Notes: generated from the letters alone by a model not told the origin. Positions 33,569 through 43,904 are shown, numbered from the stretch's first letter. The stretch: DNA of 64,000 nt from an uncultured Chloroflexia bacterium (GCA_963763775.1 CAVXPZ010000001.1:1408001-1472000), one strand, 5' to 3'. Numbers and translations are program-made.

Positions 33569-33606
33569 GCCGACCCGCCCGCGCGGGCATCGACATCGAC
33601 GGTCCG

Positions 33607-33635
33607 AGGCGCTCGACGACGCTCGTCGAGCGCCT
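33607..33635 (+). other. perfect 13-bp stem-loop downstream of sodN
   Basis: AGGCGCTCGACGA-CGC-TCGTCGAGCGCCT. Confidence 0.7.
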
Positions 33636-33657
33636 TCGCGGTCCCTGGCGGGTCGCC

Positions 33658-34047
33658 GTGGCCGAGGCCAGCATGCGGCCGGCCATCGAGGCCGGGGACT
33701 GGCTGCTCGTGGACCCGACCATCACGCGCTGGCCCCGACGGGGCGCGGTCGTGGTCGTCCGCGAACCCGACAGCGGCGAGCTCGCGGTCAAGCGCATCGC
33801 CGGGCGGCCGGGCGACCGCGTCCCGTTCGCGGACGGCTTCCTCGAGCTTGCCGAGGACGAGGCGTGGCTCCTCAGCGACGCCACGGCCGAGGTGACCGCC
33901 GAGGCCGGCTTCGGGGAGCCGATCGACTCCCGGCGGTACGGACCCGTCACGCTCGATCTCCTCGTGGGCCGGGCGTGGTTCCGCTACGCGCCGCTCCGAC
34001 GCATCGGGACCATCGGGGGAGGGTCGCGGTCCGACCGTCCAAGGTAG
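33658..34047 (+). CDS. sodX: S26 peptidase, NiSOD maturation protease (true start probably further upstream)
   Basis: SMRP..GDWLLV..VKRI..DSRRYGPV..VGRAWFRY; adjacent to sodN. Confidence 0.82.
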   Translation: MAEASMRPAIEAGDWLLVDPTITRWPRRGAVVVVREPDSGELAVKRIAGRPGDRVPFADGFLELAEDEAWLLSDATAEVTAEAGFGEPIDSRRYGPVTLDLLVGRAWFRYAPLRRIGTIGGGSRSDRPR

Positions 34048-34100
34048 GGTCGGTGGTGCATCCGCGCCACACGGCGCCCGTCACGCAAGAGGCTCACCCC

Positions 34101-34850
34101 GTGCCGACACGCTTTCCCGCCCGACCGGCCTTCGCCGGTCTCGCGATCCTCGCCTTCGCCGTCGCCGCATGCGGATCGACGTCCACACCGTCCGGAACGC
34201 CGGTCCTGGCCGCGACCGCCGCGCCCACGCCGGCGGCCTCCACCGCCGCGAGCGAGGCCCCGGCCGCGAGCGGGTCCGCCGCCGCCACCGGTCCACAGAC
34301 CGGCCACATCATGGTCGCCGACAAGGGCTTCGGGGTCACGCTCCCCGACGGCTGGCAGAGCCTGCCGGTCGACCCGGCCGCGCTCCAGGCCGTGGTGGAC
34401 AGCCTGCCCGCCGACTCCGAGATGCGGACCATGCTGGAATCGCAGATGGGCTCCGGGGCCCTGCAGGCCATCGGGTTCTGGGCGTTCGACGTCCGGCCGG
34501 AGACGAATGCCGCCGGCTTCACGCGGAACATGAACGTCATCGTCCAGCCCCCCACCACGTTCGACCTGTCCCTGGTGGAGTCGACCGTGAAGGCCCAGCT
34601 GGGGACGCTCAAGGGCATCGGCGAGATCACCAGCAAGACGGTGACGCTCCCGACCGGCGACGCGCTCCGCCTCGACTACGCGCTCACGGTGCCGGCGGCC
34701 GACGGCAGCACGACCTCGGTCGCGACGACGCAGTACTACGTGCAGCTGCCCAAGGCGACGCTCATCATCTCGTTCACCTCCGAAGCCGGTGCGGCCGACG
34801 CCCAGAAGGACTTCGACGCGATCATCGGGTCGCTCGAGGCGGTGTCCTGA
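34101..34850 (+). CDS. lipoprotein (lipobox VAAC), PsbP/Mog1-like domain possible
   Basis: Signal peptide with lipobox, A/S/T linker, GFGVTLPDGW. Confidence 0.7.
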   Translation: MPTRFPARPAFAGLAILAFAVAACGSTSTPSGTPVLAATAAPTPAASTAASEAPAASGSAAATGPQTGHIMVADKGFGVTLPDGWQSLPVDPAALQAVVDSLPADSEMRTMLESQMGSGALQAIGFWAFDVRPETNAAGFTRNMNVIVQPPTTFDLSLVESTVKAQLGTLKGIGEITSKTVTLPTGDALRLDYALTVPAADGSTTSVATTQYYVQLPKATLIISFTSEAGAADAQKDFDAIIGSLEAVS

Positions 34851-34901
34851 CCGGCCGTTGACCGTGGACGGCGCCCGCGTCGGGCGCCCGCCCGAGTCGT
34901 C

Positions 34902-35804
34902 TCAGGCCGGCGTCGCGCTCCTCGCGAGCTCGATCCCGGCCGCGCGGCAGTCGTCGGCGAACGCGGCCTGGCCCTCCAGGGTCGGGTTCCAACGGGCCGG
35001 GAAGCACACGATCCGGTCCAGGCCGACGGCCGCCAGTCCGGCGAGGTAGGCCACACGCTCCGGGCCGGCGTCACGGACCGCCTCGTCCCGCGTGTAGAGC
35101 GAGAAGCGCAGGGTCGACGGGTCACGGCCTTCGGCCTCGCAGCGCTGTCGGACGCTGACCATCCGCTCGGCGATCTCCTCGGCGTCGAGGAAGACGTAGT
35201 TCAGCTCGTCGGCGTACTTGATCGCGTAGCCGGCGGTCCGTCGGACACCGTTGCCTCCGACGATGATCGGGATGCGCGGCTGCTGGAGGCCCTTGGGGAC
35301 ATTGATGGCGCCGCGGACGTGGGCGAACGGACCCTCGTACGCCGCCCGACCGGGCGCGAACATGCGGCTGATCACCTCGAGGTGGTCGCCGAACGCGCCC
35401 ATCCGCTCATCGAGCGTCGGGAAGCCATACCCGTAGGCGCGCCACTCCTCCTCCTTCCAGCCGGCGCCGATGCCGAGCTCGAAGCGACCGCCGCTGATGA
35501 CGTCGATCGTCGACGAGAGCTTCGCGGTGAGGGCCGGGTTGCGGAACCCGGTGCACACGACCATGTGGCCCAGCCGGACTCGCGACGTCGCCATCGCGAG
35601 CGCGGTCAGGACGGAGAATCCCTCGAAGGTGATCTCGTCGGTCGGCGCCGGGACGGTGTGGAAGTGATCGAAGACCCACAGCGACTCGAAGCCCAGCGAC
35701 TCCGCCTGCTCGGCGAGGGCGACCGTGCGGGCCCACGCTTCATCGGCGGCCCAGCCGTCGAACTCGCCCTTCCAGCCCTGCGGTGCCATCAACCCGACCT
35801 GCAT
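34902..35804 (-). CDS. LLM-class putative F420-dependent oxidoreductase
   Basis: LWVFDHFH, FRNPALTAK, SGGRFELGIGAGW..E..AYG, IIVGGNG. Confidence 0.9.
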   Translation of the reverse strand: MQVGLMAPQGWKGEFDGWAADEAWARTVALAEQAESLGFESLWVFDHFHTVPAPTDEITFEGFSVLTALAMATSRVRLGHMVVCTGFRNPALTAKLSSTIDVISGGRFELGIGAGWKEEEWRAYGYGFPTLDERMGAFGDHLEVISRMFAPGRAAYEGPFAHVRGAINVPKGLQQPRIPIIVGGNGVRRTAGYAIKYADELNYVFLDAEEIAERMVSVRQRCEAEGRDPSTLRFSLYTRDEAVRDAGPERVAYLAGLAAVGLDRIVCFPARWNPTLEGQAAFADDCRAAGIELARSATPA

Positions 35805-35944
35805 CCGTGCCTCCTGTCCCTGCGACCATCCCGCGCCTGACGGGTCGTCCATGGTGACGCCTCCGCGCCGAGCACGCTCCGGAACGCCGTCGCGTGGCAT
35901 GGGTCGCCCTTCCCTGACCCTCGGCGCGCGCCTATCCTCGACCG

Positions 35945-37141
35945 ATGACGACCGCCGACGCCTTCGATCCGACCGCTCCCCTCCCCGGCCCGCCGGACCC
36001 GTGGGCCTCGACCGATACCCCGAGCCATCGAGCCGGCCCGCCGTATCACATGACCGAGATGATCGCGGCCGAGCCGGGCCTCGCCCGACGGATCCTGGCG
36101 CGCCACGCAGCCGACGAGGGCGACGCGGCGGCCCTGGCAGCGGCGATCGCCGCGACGGCCAGGGCCGGTCAGCCGATCATCGTCACGGGCTGCGGCACGT
36201 CCGAGCACGCGTCGCTCGGCGTGGCCGACATCCTGCGCGAGGCCGCGGCAACGGCCGGCCTCCCCGGCGTCGGCGCGGTCAGCATGCAGGCGTTCGAACT
36301 GTCGCTGGATCCGCCGCGGTCCGGCCTCGTCATCGGGATCTCGCACGAGGGCGCGACGGCGGCCACCAACGCGGCCCTCGCGGCGGCTCGGGCGGCCGGC
36401 GCCCGGACCGCGCTCATCACCGTGACCCGGCGCTCGCCGGGCGCTGCCCTCGCCGACATCGTCGTCGAGACCGCCGAGCTCGACCAGAGCTGGTGCCACA
36501 CGATCGGCTACGTCAGCCCGATGCTGGCCGCCACCGCGGTGGGAGCGCACCTCTCGGGCCACGCGCTGGACGCCGAGGCCGTCGCCCGGATCCTCGCCGA
36601 GGGAGCGCGAGACGAGACCGGCGCCGAGCGCATCGCCGGGCACCTGGCCGACGCCGCCCACCTCATCGTCATCGCCTCCGGTGCCGATCGGACCGCCGGC
36701 CGCGAGCTCGTCCTGAAGGTCGAGGAGGCCTCGTGGCTCCCGTCCGCCTTCCGCGACCTCGAGACGTTCCTGCACGGCCACCTGCCGGCCACCGGCCCGG
36801 ACACCGGGCTGGTCCTACTCCTCGCGGAACGCGCGGCGCGCGCCGAGCGCCTGGCACGGGCGCGTGGCGCCCTGGCCGCCGCCCGCGAGCTGGGGATCCG
36901 CGCCGCGGCGATCGTCGCCGCGGACATCGATGCCGAGCTGGACCCAAGCCTCACGCCGGCCGGCCGACTCGTCGCCGCGGAGGCGCCCGGTATGCCCGGC
37001 GCGGTGGCGGCCCTGTTCGCGACCGCCACGCCGCTCCAGCTGCTGACCGAGCGGCTCGCCCGGGCTCGAGGCACCGACCCCGACCCGATCCGGCGCGACG
37101 ACCCGCGCTACCGCGCCGCGGCCGAGGCCGCCGAGGGCTGA
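35945..37141 (+). CDS. double SIS-domain sugar-phosphate isomerase/deglycase (GlmS C-terminal/FrlB-like)
   Basis: GCGTSEHA, ISHEG, ELVLKVEE, ETFLHG. Confidence 0.8.
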   Translation: MTTADAFDPTAPLPGPPDPWASTDTPSHRAGPPYHMTEMIAAEPGLARRILARHAADEGDAAALAAAIAATARAGQPIIVTGCGTSEHASLGVADILREAAATAGLPGVGAVSMQAFELSLDPPRSGLVIGISHEGATAATNAALAAARAAGARTALITVTRRSPGAALADIVVETAELDQSWCHTIGYVSPMLAATAVGAHLSGHALDAEAVARILAEGARDETGAERIAGHLADAAHLIVIASGADRTAGRELVLKVEEASWLPSAFRDLETFLHGHLPATGPDTGLVLLLAERAARAERLARARGALAAARELGIRAAAIVAADIDAELDPSLTPAGRLVAAEAPGMPGAVAALFATATPLQLLTERLARARGTDPDPIRRDDPRYRAAAEAAEG

Positions 37142-37171
37142 CCGCCCGCCCGGCTCGAGCGCGTCCGGGCG

Positions 37172-38155
37172 CTAGACCTGTCCGATCAGGAGTTCGCCCA
37201 TCACGTCGATGTGGTCGAGGTCCCACGGGATGAAGTCCTGGAGCATGAGCCGCTCCACGCCGGCGTCGGCGAACCGCCGCACCATCGCGCGAGCCGACTC
37301 GCCCGTGCCCGCCACCCAGCGGTCGCGGCGCTCGTCGAGCCACGCCTCACCGACGTCGGCATCCTGGCCGAAGGCCGTGAGGATCGCGGCCTCACGGTCG
37401 CGGACCTCGGCCTCGGACCGGCCGACGAGGACGCCGGCCATCAGCGAGTGGACGATGGACCCGGGGTCGCGGCCCGCCGCGGCGCAGGCGGCGTCGAGCT
37501 TCGCGAACGTCTCGGCGACGGCCGTCGGTCCGGATGACAGCGTGTTGAACTCGTCGGCCCAGGTCACCGCCATGCGCAGCCCGCGAGGGGCCCCCGAGCC
37601 ACCGATGATGATGTTCGGGCGCGGCGAGCCATCGGCACCGACCGGCCGGCCGGGGACCGCCACCGGCTTCGGGTGGAACATCGCCTCCTCGATGCGGACC
37701 GTCTTGCCGTCGTACGACCACCCGTCGGGACCGCCCCACAGGCCATGGAGGACGGCGAGCTGGTCCTCGACCGCGTCCATCCGCTCGCCGAGCGCCGGGA
37801 AGGCCAGCCCGAGCTGCCGATGCTCGAGCTCGTTCCAGCCCGCGCCGACACCCACCTCGATGCGCCCGCCGCTCATCTCGTCGACCGTCGTGACCACCTT
37901 GGCGAAGACGCCGGGGTGCCGGAACGTGACCGGGGAGACGAGCGCCCCCAGGCCGATCCGATCGGTGTCGCGAGCCAGGCCCGCGAGGACGGCCCAGGCA
38001 TCGGTCGTGGGCTGGCCGGACGGCCCCGGGAAGCTCGCGAAGTGGTCCGACCGGAAGAGCGTCTCGAAGCCGTTGGCCTCGGCCCGCTTGGCGATGGCGA
38101 CCTGGTCCCCGTAGCTCAGGCCCTGCTGCGGCTCGATCATCAGCGCGAAGCGCAT
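37172..38155 (-). CDS. LLM-class putative F420-dependent oxidoreductase
   Basis: EPQQG, FRSDHF, TDAW, VSPVTFRHPG, GAGWNELEH. Confidence 0.9.
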   Translation of the reverse strand: MRFALMIEPQQGLSYGDQVAIAKRAEANGFETLFRSDHFASFPGPSGQPTTDAWAVLAGLARDTDRIGLGALVSPVTFRHPGVFAKVVTTVDEMSGGRIEVGVGAGWNELEHRQLGLAFPALGERMDAVEDQLAVLHGLWGGPDGWSYDGKTVRIEEAMFHPKPVAVPGRPVGADGSPRPNIIIGGSGAPRGLRMAVTWADEFNTLSSGPTAVAETFAKLDAACAAAGRDPGSIVHSLMAGVLVGRSEAEVRDREAAILTAFGQDADVGEAWLDERRDRWVAGTGESARAMVRRFADAGVERLMLQDFIPWDLDHIDVMGELLIGQV

Positions 38156-38188
38156 GGCGACTCCTGCATCGGGAGCGAACCGTTCACG

Positions 38189-38237
38189 TTGACAGGATGG
38201 TTCGCAACGCTATGATAGTTGACGTGACACGAACTAT
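38189..38237 (+). promoter_or_regulatory. sigma70 promoter with overlapping MarR-type operator
   Basis: TTGACA-N16-TATGAT (38189-38216); palindrome ATAGTT..CGTG-A-CACG-AACTAT (38215-38237). Confidence 0.7.
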
Positions 38238-38256
38238 AGCGTCGGTGGCGCCCCGG

Positions 38257-38811
38257 ATGGACGCCGCCGCCGTCTCGCCCCAGCGGGACGTGACCGACAA
38301 CATCATCGTCGACTTCCGCGCGACGATGACGCGCCTGAAGTGCGCATCGAGCGAGCGCCTGCTCCGCCTCGGGGTGAGCATGGCGCAGCTCAACATCCTC
38401 TACACGCTCCAGCGCAGCGGCGAGATGACGATGAGTCAGCTCGCCGATGTCGTGAACGTGTCGCTGTCGAACGCCTCCGGGCTCATCGACCGGCTGGAGG
38501 AACGCGCCTTCGTCGAGCGGACCCGGGTCCCCGAGGACCGTCGGATCGTCATGGTCCGGCTGACCTCCACCGGGAACCAGTTGCTGGAGGAGGTGGATGC
38601 GCTGAGCGATGAGCTCCTGCGATCCACCCTCGCCCGGCTCGACGCAGCCCAGCTTGCCGGCATCGAGGTCGCGGTCGCCGACCTTCGGCTGGCTGTCGAG
38701 GCCGCCACGGGCGGCACCCCGGATCGCCACGGCGCGTCCACGCCGTCTCCACGATCGCCGATCACCATCGCGGGCGTCGGCCACGCCCAGCACCACGCAC
38801 GGAGGGATTGA
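38257..38811 (+). CDS. MarR family regulator
   Basis: SMAQLNIL..MSQLAD..NASGLIDRLEE..DRRIVMVRLT. Confidence 0.9.
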   Translation: MDAAAVSPQRDVTDNIIVDFRATMTRLKCASSERLLRLGVSMAQLNILYTLQRSGEMTMSQLADVVNVSLSNASGLIDRLEERAFVERTRVPEDRRIVMVRLTSTGNQLLEEVDALSDELLRSTLARLDAAQLAGIEVAVADLRLAVEAATGGTPDRHGASTPSPRSPITIAGVGHAQHHARRD

Positions 38812-38817
38812 CCCCAC

Positions 38818-40548
38818 ATGGAAGCATTCCCGGTCGCGGGCGAGGAATACGTCCCGACCCTCGACGAAGACCCAGCACTGGGCCTGAGTCATCGGGCGAA
38901 GATGGAGATCCTCTTCGCCGTCATGCTCGGCCTGTTCCTGGGCGCGCTCGACCAGACGATCGTCGGCCCGGCGCTCCCCACCATCGTGACCCAGCTGTCG
39001 GGCAACGACTACTACGTCTGGGCCATCACCATCTACCTGCTGACCAGCACGATCAGCGTGCCGTTCTGGGGCAAGCTGTCCGACATCTACGGCCGCAAGC
39101 CGATCTTCATGATCGGCATCGTGATCTTCCTGATCGGTTCCGCGTTGTCGGGCCTGAGTCAGAACATGGGGATGCTCATCCTCTTCCGAGGCATCCAAGG
39201 CGTCGGTGCCGGTTCACTGTTCCCGGTCGCCCTCGCGGTCATCGGTGACCTGTTCACGCCCCAGGAGCGCGGCAAGTACCAGGGCCTCTTCGGGGCCGTC
39301 TTCGGCATCGCGTTCGTCGCTGGCCCGCTCATCGGCGGCTGGCTGACCGAGAACCTCAGCTGGCACTGGATCTTCTACGTCAACATCCCGATCGGGATCG
39401 TCGCCCTGATCGTCATCCAGCGGCTGCTGCCGACGGTCAAGACGAAGTCGGCGACCCGCAACTTCGACATGATCGGCGGGATCATCTTCACCATCGCGAT
39501 GGTGTTCCTGCTGGTGGGGCTCACGAACAAGCAGTTCGGTGAATGGGCCGAACCGACCGTCGGTGGTTTCATCATCATCGGCCTCGTCGGGACCCTGCTG
39601 TTCATCCTGGCCGAGTCGCGCGCCAAGGAGCCGATCGTCCCGCTCGACCTGTGGAAGGGCCGGACCTACTCGGCGACGATGGTCGCGGTGTTCTTCGCGG
39701 CCTTCGCGTTCTTCGGCGCGATCGTGTTCCTGCCGCGCTGGTTCCAGGTCGTCGAGGGCTTCTCGCCGACGAACTCCGGCCTGGCCGCCCTCCCGCTCAT
39801 GGTGGGCCTGATCTTCAGCTCCATCGTGTCCGGACTCATCGTGTCGAGGACCGGCCGCTACAAGTGGCTCATCGTCGGCTCGATCGCGGTCATGGGCGTC
39901 GCCGTCTTGCTGATGACCCAGCTCACCAGCGACACCCCGGTGCCCGTCGTGTGGTTCTGGATGTTCCTCGCCGGCCTCGGCGTCGGCCCGACGTTCTCGG
40001 TCCCGACGATCGTGATCCAGAACGCCGTCCCGTTCCGCCAACTCGGCGTGGCGACGTCGAACCTGACGTTCTTCCGCCAGATCGGCGGCACGATCTCGCT
40101 CGCCTTCGTGGGCACGATCTTCGCGACGTCCTTCCAGGACAACCTCGTCCCGTCGATGACCGCCGCCGGGGTGCCGCAGCCCGTCCTCGACGGGTTCACG
40201 CAGGCGAGCAGCAGCGGGTCGTTCGACTTCAGCGCCCTGACGGGCGTCGGCGACCAAGGCGCCGCTCTCCTGGCCGCCATCCCCGCACAGTTCCAGGCCG
40301 CGGTCCAGCCGTTCATCGGCGCCATGGTCGAAGGGATCCACGGGGCGTTCAGCCTCGCGACCGCCCAGACGTTCTGGCTTGGTGTCGTGGGCGCGATCGT
40401 CGCGATGGTCGCCGCGGTCGCGATCAAGGAGATCCCCCTCCGGACCTCGAACGAGGCGCCGATCCCCACGCAGACCGTCGCCCAGGCGGCGGGTGGCGCC
40501 TCGGGCACGCCCGACACCGTCTCCGCCAGCACGGCGGCCGGCGACTGA
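38818..40548 (+). CDS. MFS drug:H+ antiporter (DHA2, EmrB/QacA family)
   Basis: LDQTIV, GKLSDIYGRK, RGIQGVG, WHWIFYVNIPIG; about 14 TM. Confidence 0.93.
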   Translation: MEAFPVAGEEYVPTLDEDPALGLSHRAKMEILFAVMLGLFLGALDQTIVGPALPTIVTQLSGNDYYVWAITIYLLTSTISVPFWGKLSDIYGRKPIFMIGIVIFLIGSALSGLSQNMGMLILFRGIQGVGAGSLFPVALAVIGDLFTPQERGKYQGLFGAVFGIAFVAGPLIGGWLTENLSWHWIFYVNIPIGIVALIVIQRLLPTVKTKSATRNFDMIGGIIFTIAMVFLLVGLTNKQFGEWAEPTVGGFIIIGLVGTLLFILAESRAKEPIVPLDLWKGRTYSATMVAVFFAAFAFFGAIVFLPRWFQVVEGFSPTNSGLAALPLMVGLIFSSIVSGLIVSRTGRYKWLIVGSIAVMGVAVLLMTQLTSDTPVPVVWFWMFLAGLGVGPTFSVPTIVIQNAVPFRQLGVATSNLTFFRQIGGTISLAFVGTIFATSFQDNLVPSMTAAGVPQPVLDGFTQASSSGSFDFSALTGVGDQGAALLAAIPAQFQAAVQPFIGAMVEGIHGAFSLATAQTFWLGVVGAIVAMVAAVAIKEIPLRTSNEAPIPTQTVAQAAGGASGTPDTVSASTAAGD

Positions 40549-40571
40549 CCACCGCTCCTCCTCCGCTCCTG

Positions 40572-40603
40572 GACGACCCCGTCGGCTCCGCCGGCGGGGT
40601 CGT
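40572..40603 (+). terminator. hairpin after MFS gene
   Basis: GACGACCCCGTCGG...CCGGCGGGGTCGTT. Confidence 0.55.
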
Positions 40604-40633
40604 TCGCTGTCCCGCCGCTACGATGGGACCGAC

Positions 40634-41116
40634 ATGACCGACAACCCCGCCCCGTATCCGCCACACCTCCGGGCCCCCGGCACCGAGCCCGCGTCCTTCG
40701 AGGCGGTGCTCGATCTGGCCGACCTGCCGCTCGGCACGATGCGCCGGGTGAGCCGCGGCGACCTCGACGTCCTGCTCGCCCACACGCCTGCGGGGGTCGT
40801 CGCGACCGAGGACCGCTGTCCCCACATGAGCGCCCCGCTCTCGATCGGGGGACTCGACGGGTGCGTCGTGTCCTGTCCGCTGCACGAGGGCCGCTTCGAC
40901 CTCTGTTCGGGCGACACGGTCCAGATGCCCACGACCGGCGGCCTCGACGCCGACGGCGTGTATCACCCGACGTGGTCGCCCGCGGGCCGGGAGCCCAAGG
41001 TGGACCCGCCCGGCACGAAGGCCGAAGCGCGGCGTCTCACCCGCGTCCGCCGACTCCGCTACTACCCCGTCCGCGTCGTGGACGGCCGTATCGAGGTCGC
41101 GTTCCCCGGCGCCTAA
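40634..41116 (+). CDS. Rieske [2Fe-2S] ferredoxin-like protein
   Basis: CPH..CPLHEGRFDL. Confidence 0.85.
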   Translation: MTDNPAPYPPHLRAPGTEPASFEAVLDLADLPLGTMRRVSRGDLDVLLAHTPAGVVATEDRCPHMSAPLSIGGLDGCVVSCPLHEGRFDLCSGDTVQMPTTGGLDADGVYHPTWSPAGREPKVDPPGTKAEARRLTRVRRLRYYPVRVVDGRIEVAFPGA

Positions 41117-41368
41117 GGCAGCCGGACGCCTTGGTCGGCCGGGGCGACGCCGGCCATCACCTGAGCGCGGCGCGTGCGACGCACACCGTCGATGCCATCC
41201 AAACGTGGCCCCGTCCCGAACTCCTGTCTGGACGACGCCGCCGGTCGGCACCCGTCGACGTGACGGTGGCGTGAACTCCCACTCGCGGATCCATCACCCG
41301 GGCAGACCCTTGGTGACCCGTCACCAGGTCGCGTCCGGATGGGCGCGACCGGAACACAGGAGCAACGC

Positions 41369-42043
41369 ATGATCGGTTCCAGACTCACCAGGACCCTCGC
41401 GGGCGTCGCGTTGACCGCCGTCGTCGTGGTCGGCTGCAGCAACAGCGCCGCGAGCTCGGCGCCGTCCGCGGCCGTGGCATCGGCCGCCCCGTCGGCTGCC
41501 GCCGAGTCCATGACCCCGTCCATGGCCCCCTCCATGGCCCCGGAGACCAGCCCGGCGATGACCGATGCCGCCTTCGGGCCCGCGTGCGCGTCGGTCCCGA
41601 CTGACGGCGCGGGAAGCCTGTCGGGGATGGCCAAGGACCCGGTCGCGACGGCCGCGTCGAACAACCCGGCGCTCAAGACGCTCGTCACCGCGGTCACGGC
41701 CGCCGGCCTCGGCGACACGCTGAACACCACCGACGACATCACCGTCTTCGCCCCGGCCGACGGCGCCTTCGCGGCGATGGACCAGGCGACCTTGAAGGCG
41801 GCCCTGGCCGACCCGAAGGGCCTGCTCACGGCCGTCCTGACCTATCACGTCGTTCCCGGCCGGCTCTCGCCCGAGCAGCTCGCCGGCACCCACAAGACCC
41901 TCCAGGGCGGTGATCTGACGGTCACGGGCAGCGGCGAGGACTTCACGGTCAACGGGACCGCCAAGGTCGTCTGCGGCAACGTCCAGACGGCGAACGCCAC
42001 CGTCTACATCATCGACGGCGTCCTCCTCCCGCCGGCGAGCTGA
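41369..42043 (+). CDS. fasciclin-domain lipoprotein (MPT83/MPT70-like)
   Basis: Lipobox VVGC; FGPAC..PVATAASNNP..TVFAP..LTYHVVPG..VVCGNVQTANATVYIIDGVL. Confidence 0.9.
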   Translation: MIGSRLTRTLAGVALTAVVVVGCSNSAASSAPSAAVASAAPSAAAESMTPSMAPSMAPETSPAMTDAAFGPACASVPTDGAGSLSGMAKDPVATAASNNPALKTLVTAVTAAGLGDTLNTTDDITVFAPADGAFAAMDQATLKAALADPKGLLTAVLTYHVVPGRLSPEQLAGTHKTLQGGDLTVTGSGEDFTVNGTAKVVCGNVQTANATVYIIDGVLLPPAS

Positions 42044-42207
42044 GCCTTCGGGCGGGCGGCCTCGGGTCGCTCGTCCACCGTTCGGCCGGATGGCCGGGTC
42101 CGCGTCAGGTCCGCCTGATGTCGGATCCGGCCTTCCCGTCGTCTGGGGCTGCCTGCCGCCGCACGACGGCTGATGGATCTCCGCGGACCTCGTTCCTTGG
42201 CGACGAC

Positions 42208-43092
42208 TCAGATGTCGTTCGTGACCTCGACGATGCCGCCGGTGCCGGCATCTTGCGCGCCGCCGCGCCTCCAGAGCCAGCCGGCTTTCGGCGAGAACAG
42301 CAGGGCTAGCCCGAACAAGAACGTCTCGACGAGCACGATCGACGCGCCCGACGCGACGTCGAGGTAGTAGCTGAGATAGAGGCCGGTGACCGCCGCGACC
42401 AGCGAGACGGCGATCGCGACCCTCACGAGATCCCAGAACCGGTCCACCAGCAGCTGGCCGGTCGCGGCGGGCGTCACCAGCATGGCGACCACCATGATGA
42501 TGCCGACGGCCTGGATGCTGACGACGATCGTGATCCCGATCAGGATCAGGAGGAGCTCGTCGAGGCGGTCGACGCGCAGGCCAGAGGCCGCCGCTGCGCC
42601 CGGGTCGAATGACGCGTACAACAGCTCCTTGCGAAAGACGGCGACGACGAGCAGCACGATCCCGCCGAGGATGGCGACCTGGACGATGTCGGTGAGCGAG
42701 ATCCCGAGCACGTTGCCGAGGAGGTAGCTGAACAGGTCCGACACGTACCCGTGGATCGAGCTGAAGAGCACGATCCCGAGCGCGAACATGCCGGCGAACA
42801 GGACGCCGACCGCCGTGTCGAAGCGCAGGCCGCCACGCCTGGCGACGACGGCGATCCCGAGAGCGGTCGCCACCGCGGCGACGGAGGCGCCGATGTACAG
42901 CGGGATCCCGAGCATGTAGGCGATCACCAGACCGGGGAACGCCGCGTGGCTGACGGCGTCGCCGATGAACGCGAGGCCGCGCAGGACGACGAACGCCCCC
43001 ATGACCGCGCAGACGACCCCGACGAGGGCGGTGGCGACCAGGCCGCGCTGCATGAAGCCATAGGTCATCGGGTCGACGAGAAGGTCGATCAT
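42208..43092 (-). CDS. Zn/Mn ABC transporter permease (ZnuB/MntB family)
   Basis: FIGDAVSHAAFPG, YLLGNVL, SIQAVGIIMV. Confidence 0.92.
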   Translation of the reverse strand: MIDLLVDPMTYGFMQRGLVATALVGVVCAVMGAFVVLRGLAFIGDAVSHAAFPGLVIAYMLGIPLYIGASVAAVATALGIAVVARRGGLRFDTAVGVLFAGMFALGIVLFSSIHGYVSDLFSYLLGNVLGISLTDIVQVAILGGIVLLVVAVFRKELLYASFDPGAAAASGLRVDRLDELLLILIGITIVVSIQAVGIIMVVAMLVTPAATGQLLVDRFWDLVRVAIAVSLVAAVTGLYLSYYLDVASGASIVLVETFLFGLALLFSPKAGWLWRRGGAQDAGTGGIVEVTNDI

Positions 43093-43904
43093 CGACCCGC
43101 CCCGCCGTCGTGGTAGTGGCGTTGCCCGGGCGGCGCTTCGTCGTGGTGGTGCGCGTCGTCGATCACCGTCCCGTCGCCGGTCGGCAGCACGATCACGTGC
43201 CCGCCGTACGTGGCCGAGAGGAGGTCGCGGTCCATCACGATGGCCGCCGGTCCCGTGGCGATGACGCGGCCGTTCACGAAGGCGGCCTGATGGAACCGCT
43301 GCGCCGCGCATGCCAGGTCGTGCGTCGTCGCGATGACGGTCCGGCCTGACCGCGCCTCCTGCTCGAGGACGTCCATCAGCTCCTCCTGGGTGGTGGCATC
43401 GACCCCGGTCACGGGCTCGTCGAGGAGGTAGAGGTCGGGCGCAGCCGCCAGGGCGCGGGCAAGGAACACCCGCCGTCGTTGCCCGCCGGAGAGCGCGCCG
43501 ACCTGCCGGTCGATCGCGTGGCGCATGCCGACGGTCGCGAGGGCCCCGTCGACAGCGGCCTTGTCGGCCGACGACGGCGACCGCAACGGGCCGATGAGCG
43601 GCACTCGGCCCATCATCACGACCTCGCCCACCGTCACGGGGAACGACCAGTCCACGTTTTCGGCCTGGGGGACGTAGGCCACACGCTTCGCCTGTCGGCC
43701 CGGCGGCGCCCCGAGGACCTCGACCGACCCGCTGAAGGGCCGGAGGAGCCCGGCGACGACCTTGAGGAGCGTGCTCTTGCCCGCGCCGTTCGGCCCGATG
43801 ACCGCGAGGAGGGAGCCGGCGGGCACGTTGAGGGTCAGGTCCGCCAGCGCGACGCGCGTGCCGTAGCCCGCCGAGACGTCCTGCAGGCGGACCGCGGCCG
43901 TCAT
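43089..43904 (-). CDS. Zn/Mn ABC transporter ATP-binding protein
   Basis: GPNGAGKST, LSGGQRRR, LLDEP, THD; His-rich C-terminus. Confidence 0.93.
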   Translation of the reverse strand: MTAAVRLQDVSAGYGTRVALADLTLNVPAGSLLAVIGPNGAGKSTLLKVVAGLLRPFSGSVEVLGAPPGRQAKRVAYVPQAENVDWSFPVTVGEVVMMGRVPLIGPLRSPSSADKAAVDGALATVGMRHAIDRQVGALSGGQRRRVFLARALAAAPDLYLLDEPVTGVDATTQEELMDVLEQEARSGRTVIATTHDLACAAQRFHQAAFVNGRVIATGPAAIVMDRDLLSATYGGHVIVLPTGDGTVIDDAHHHDEAPPGQRHYHDGGAGR

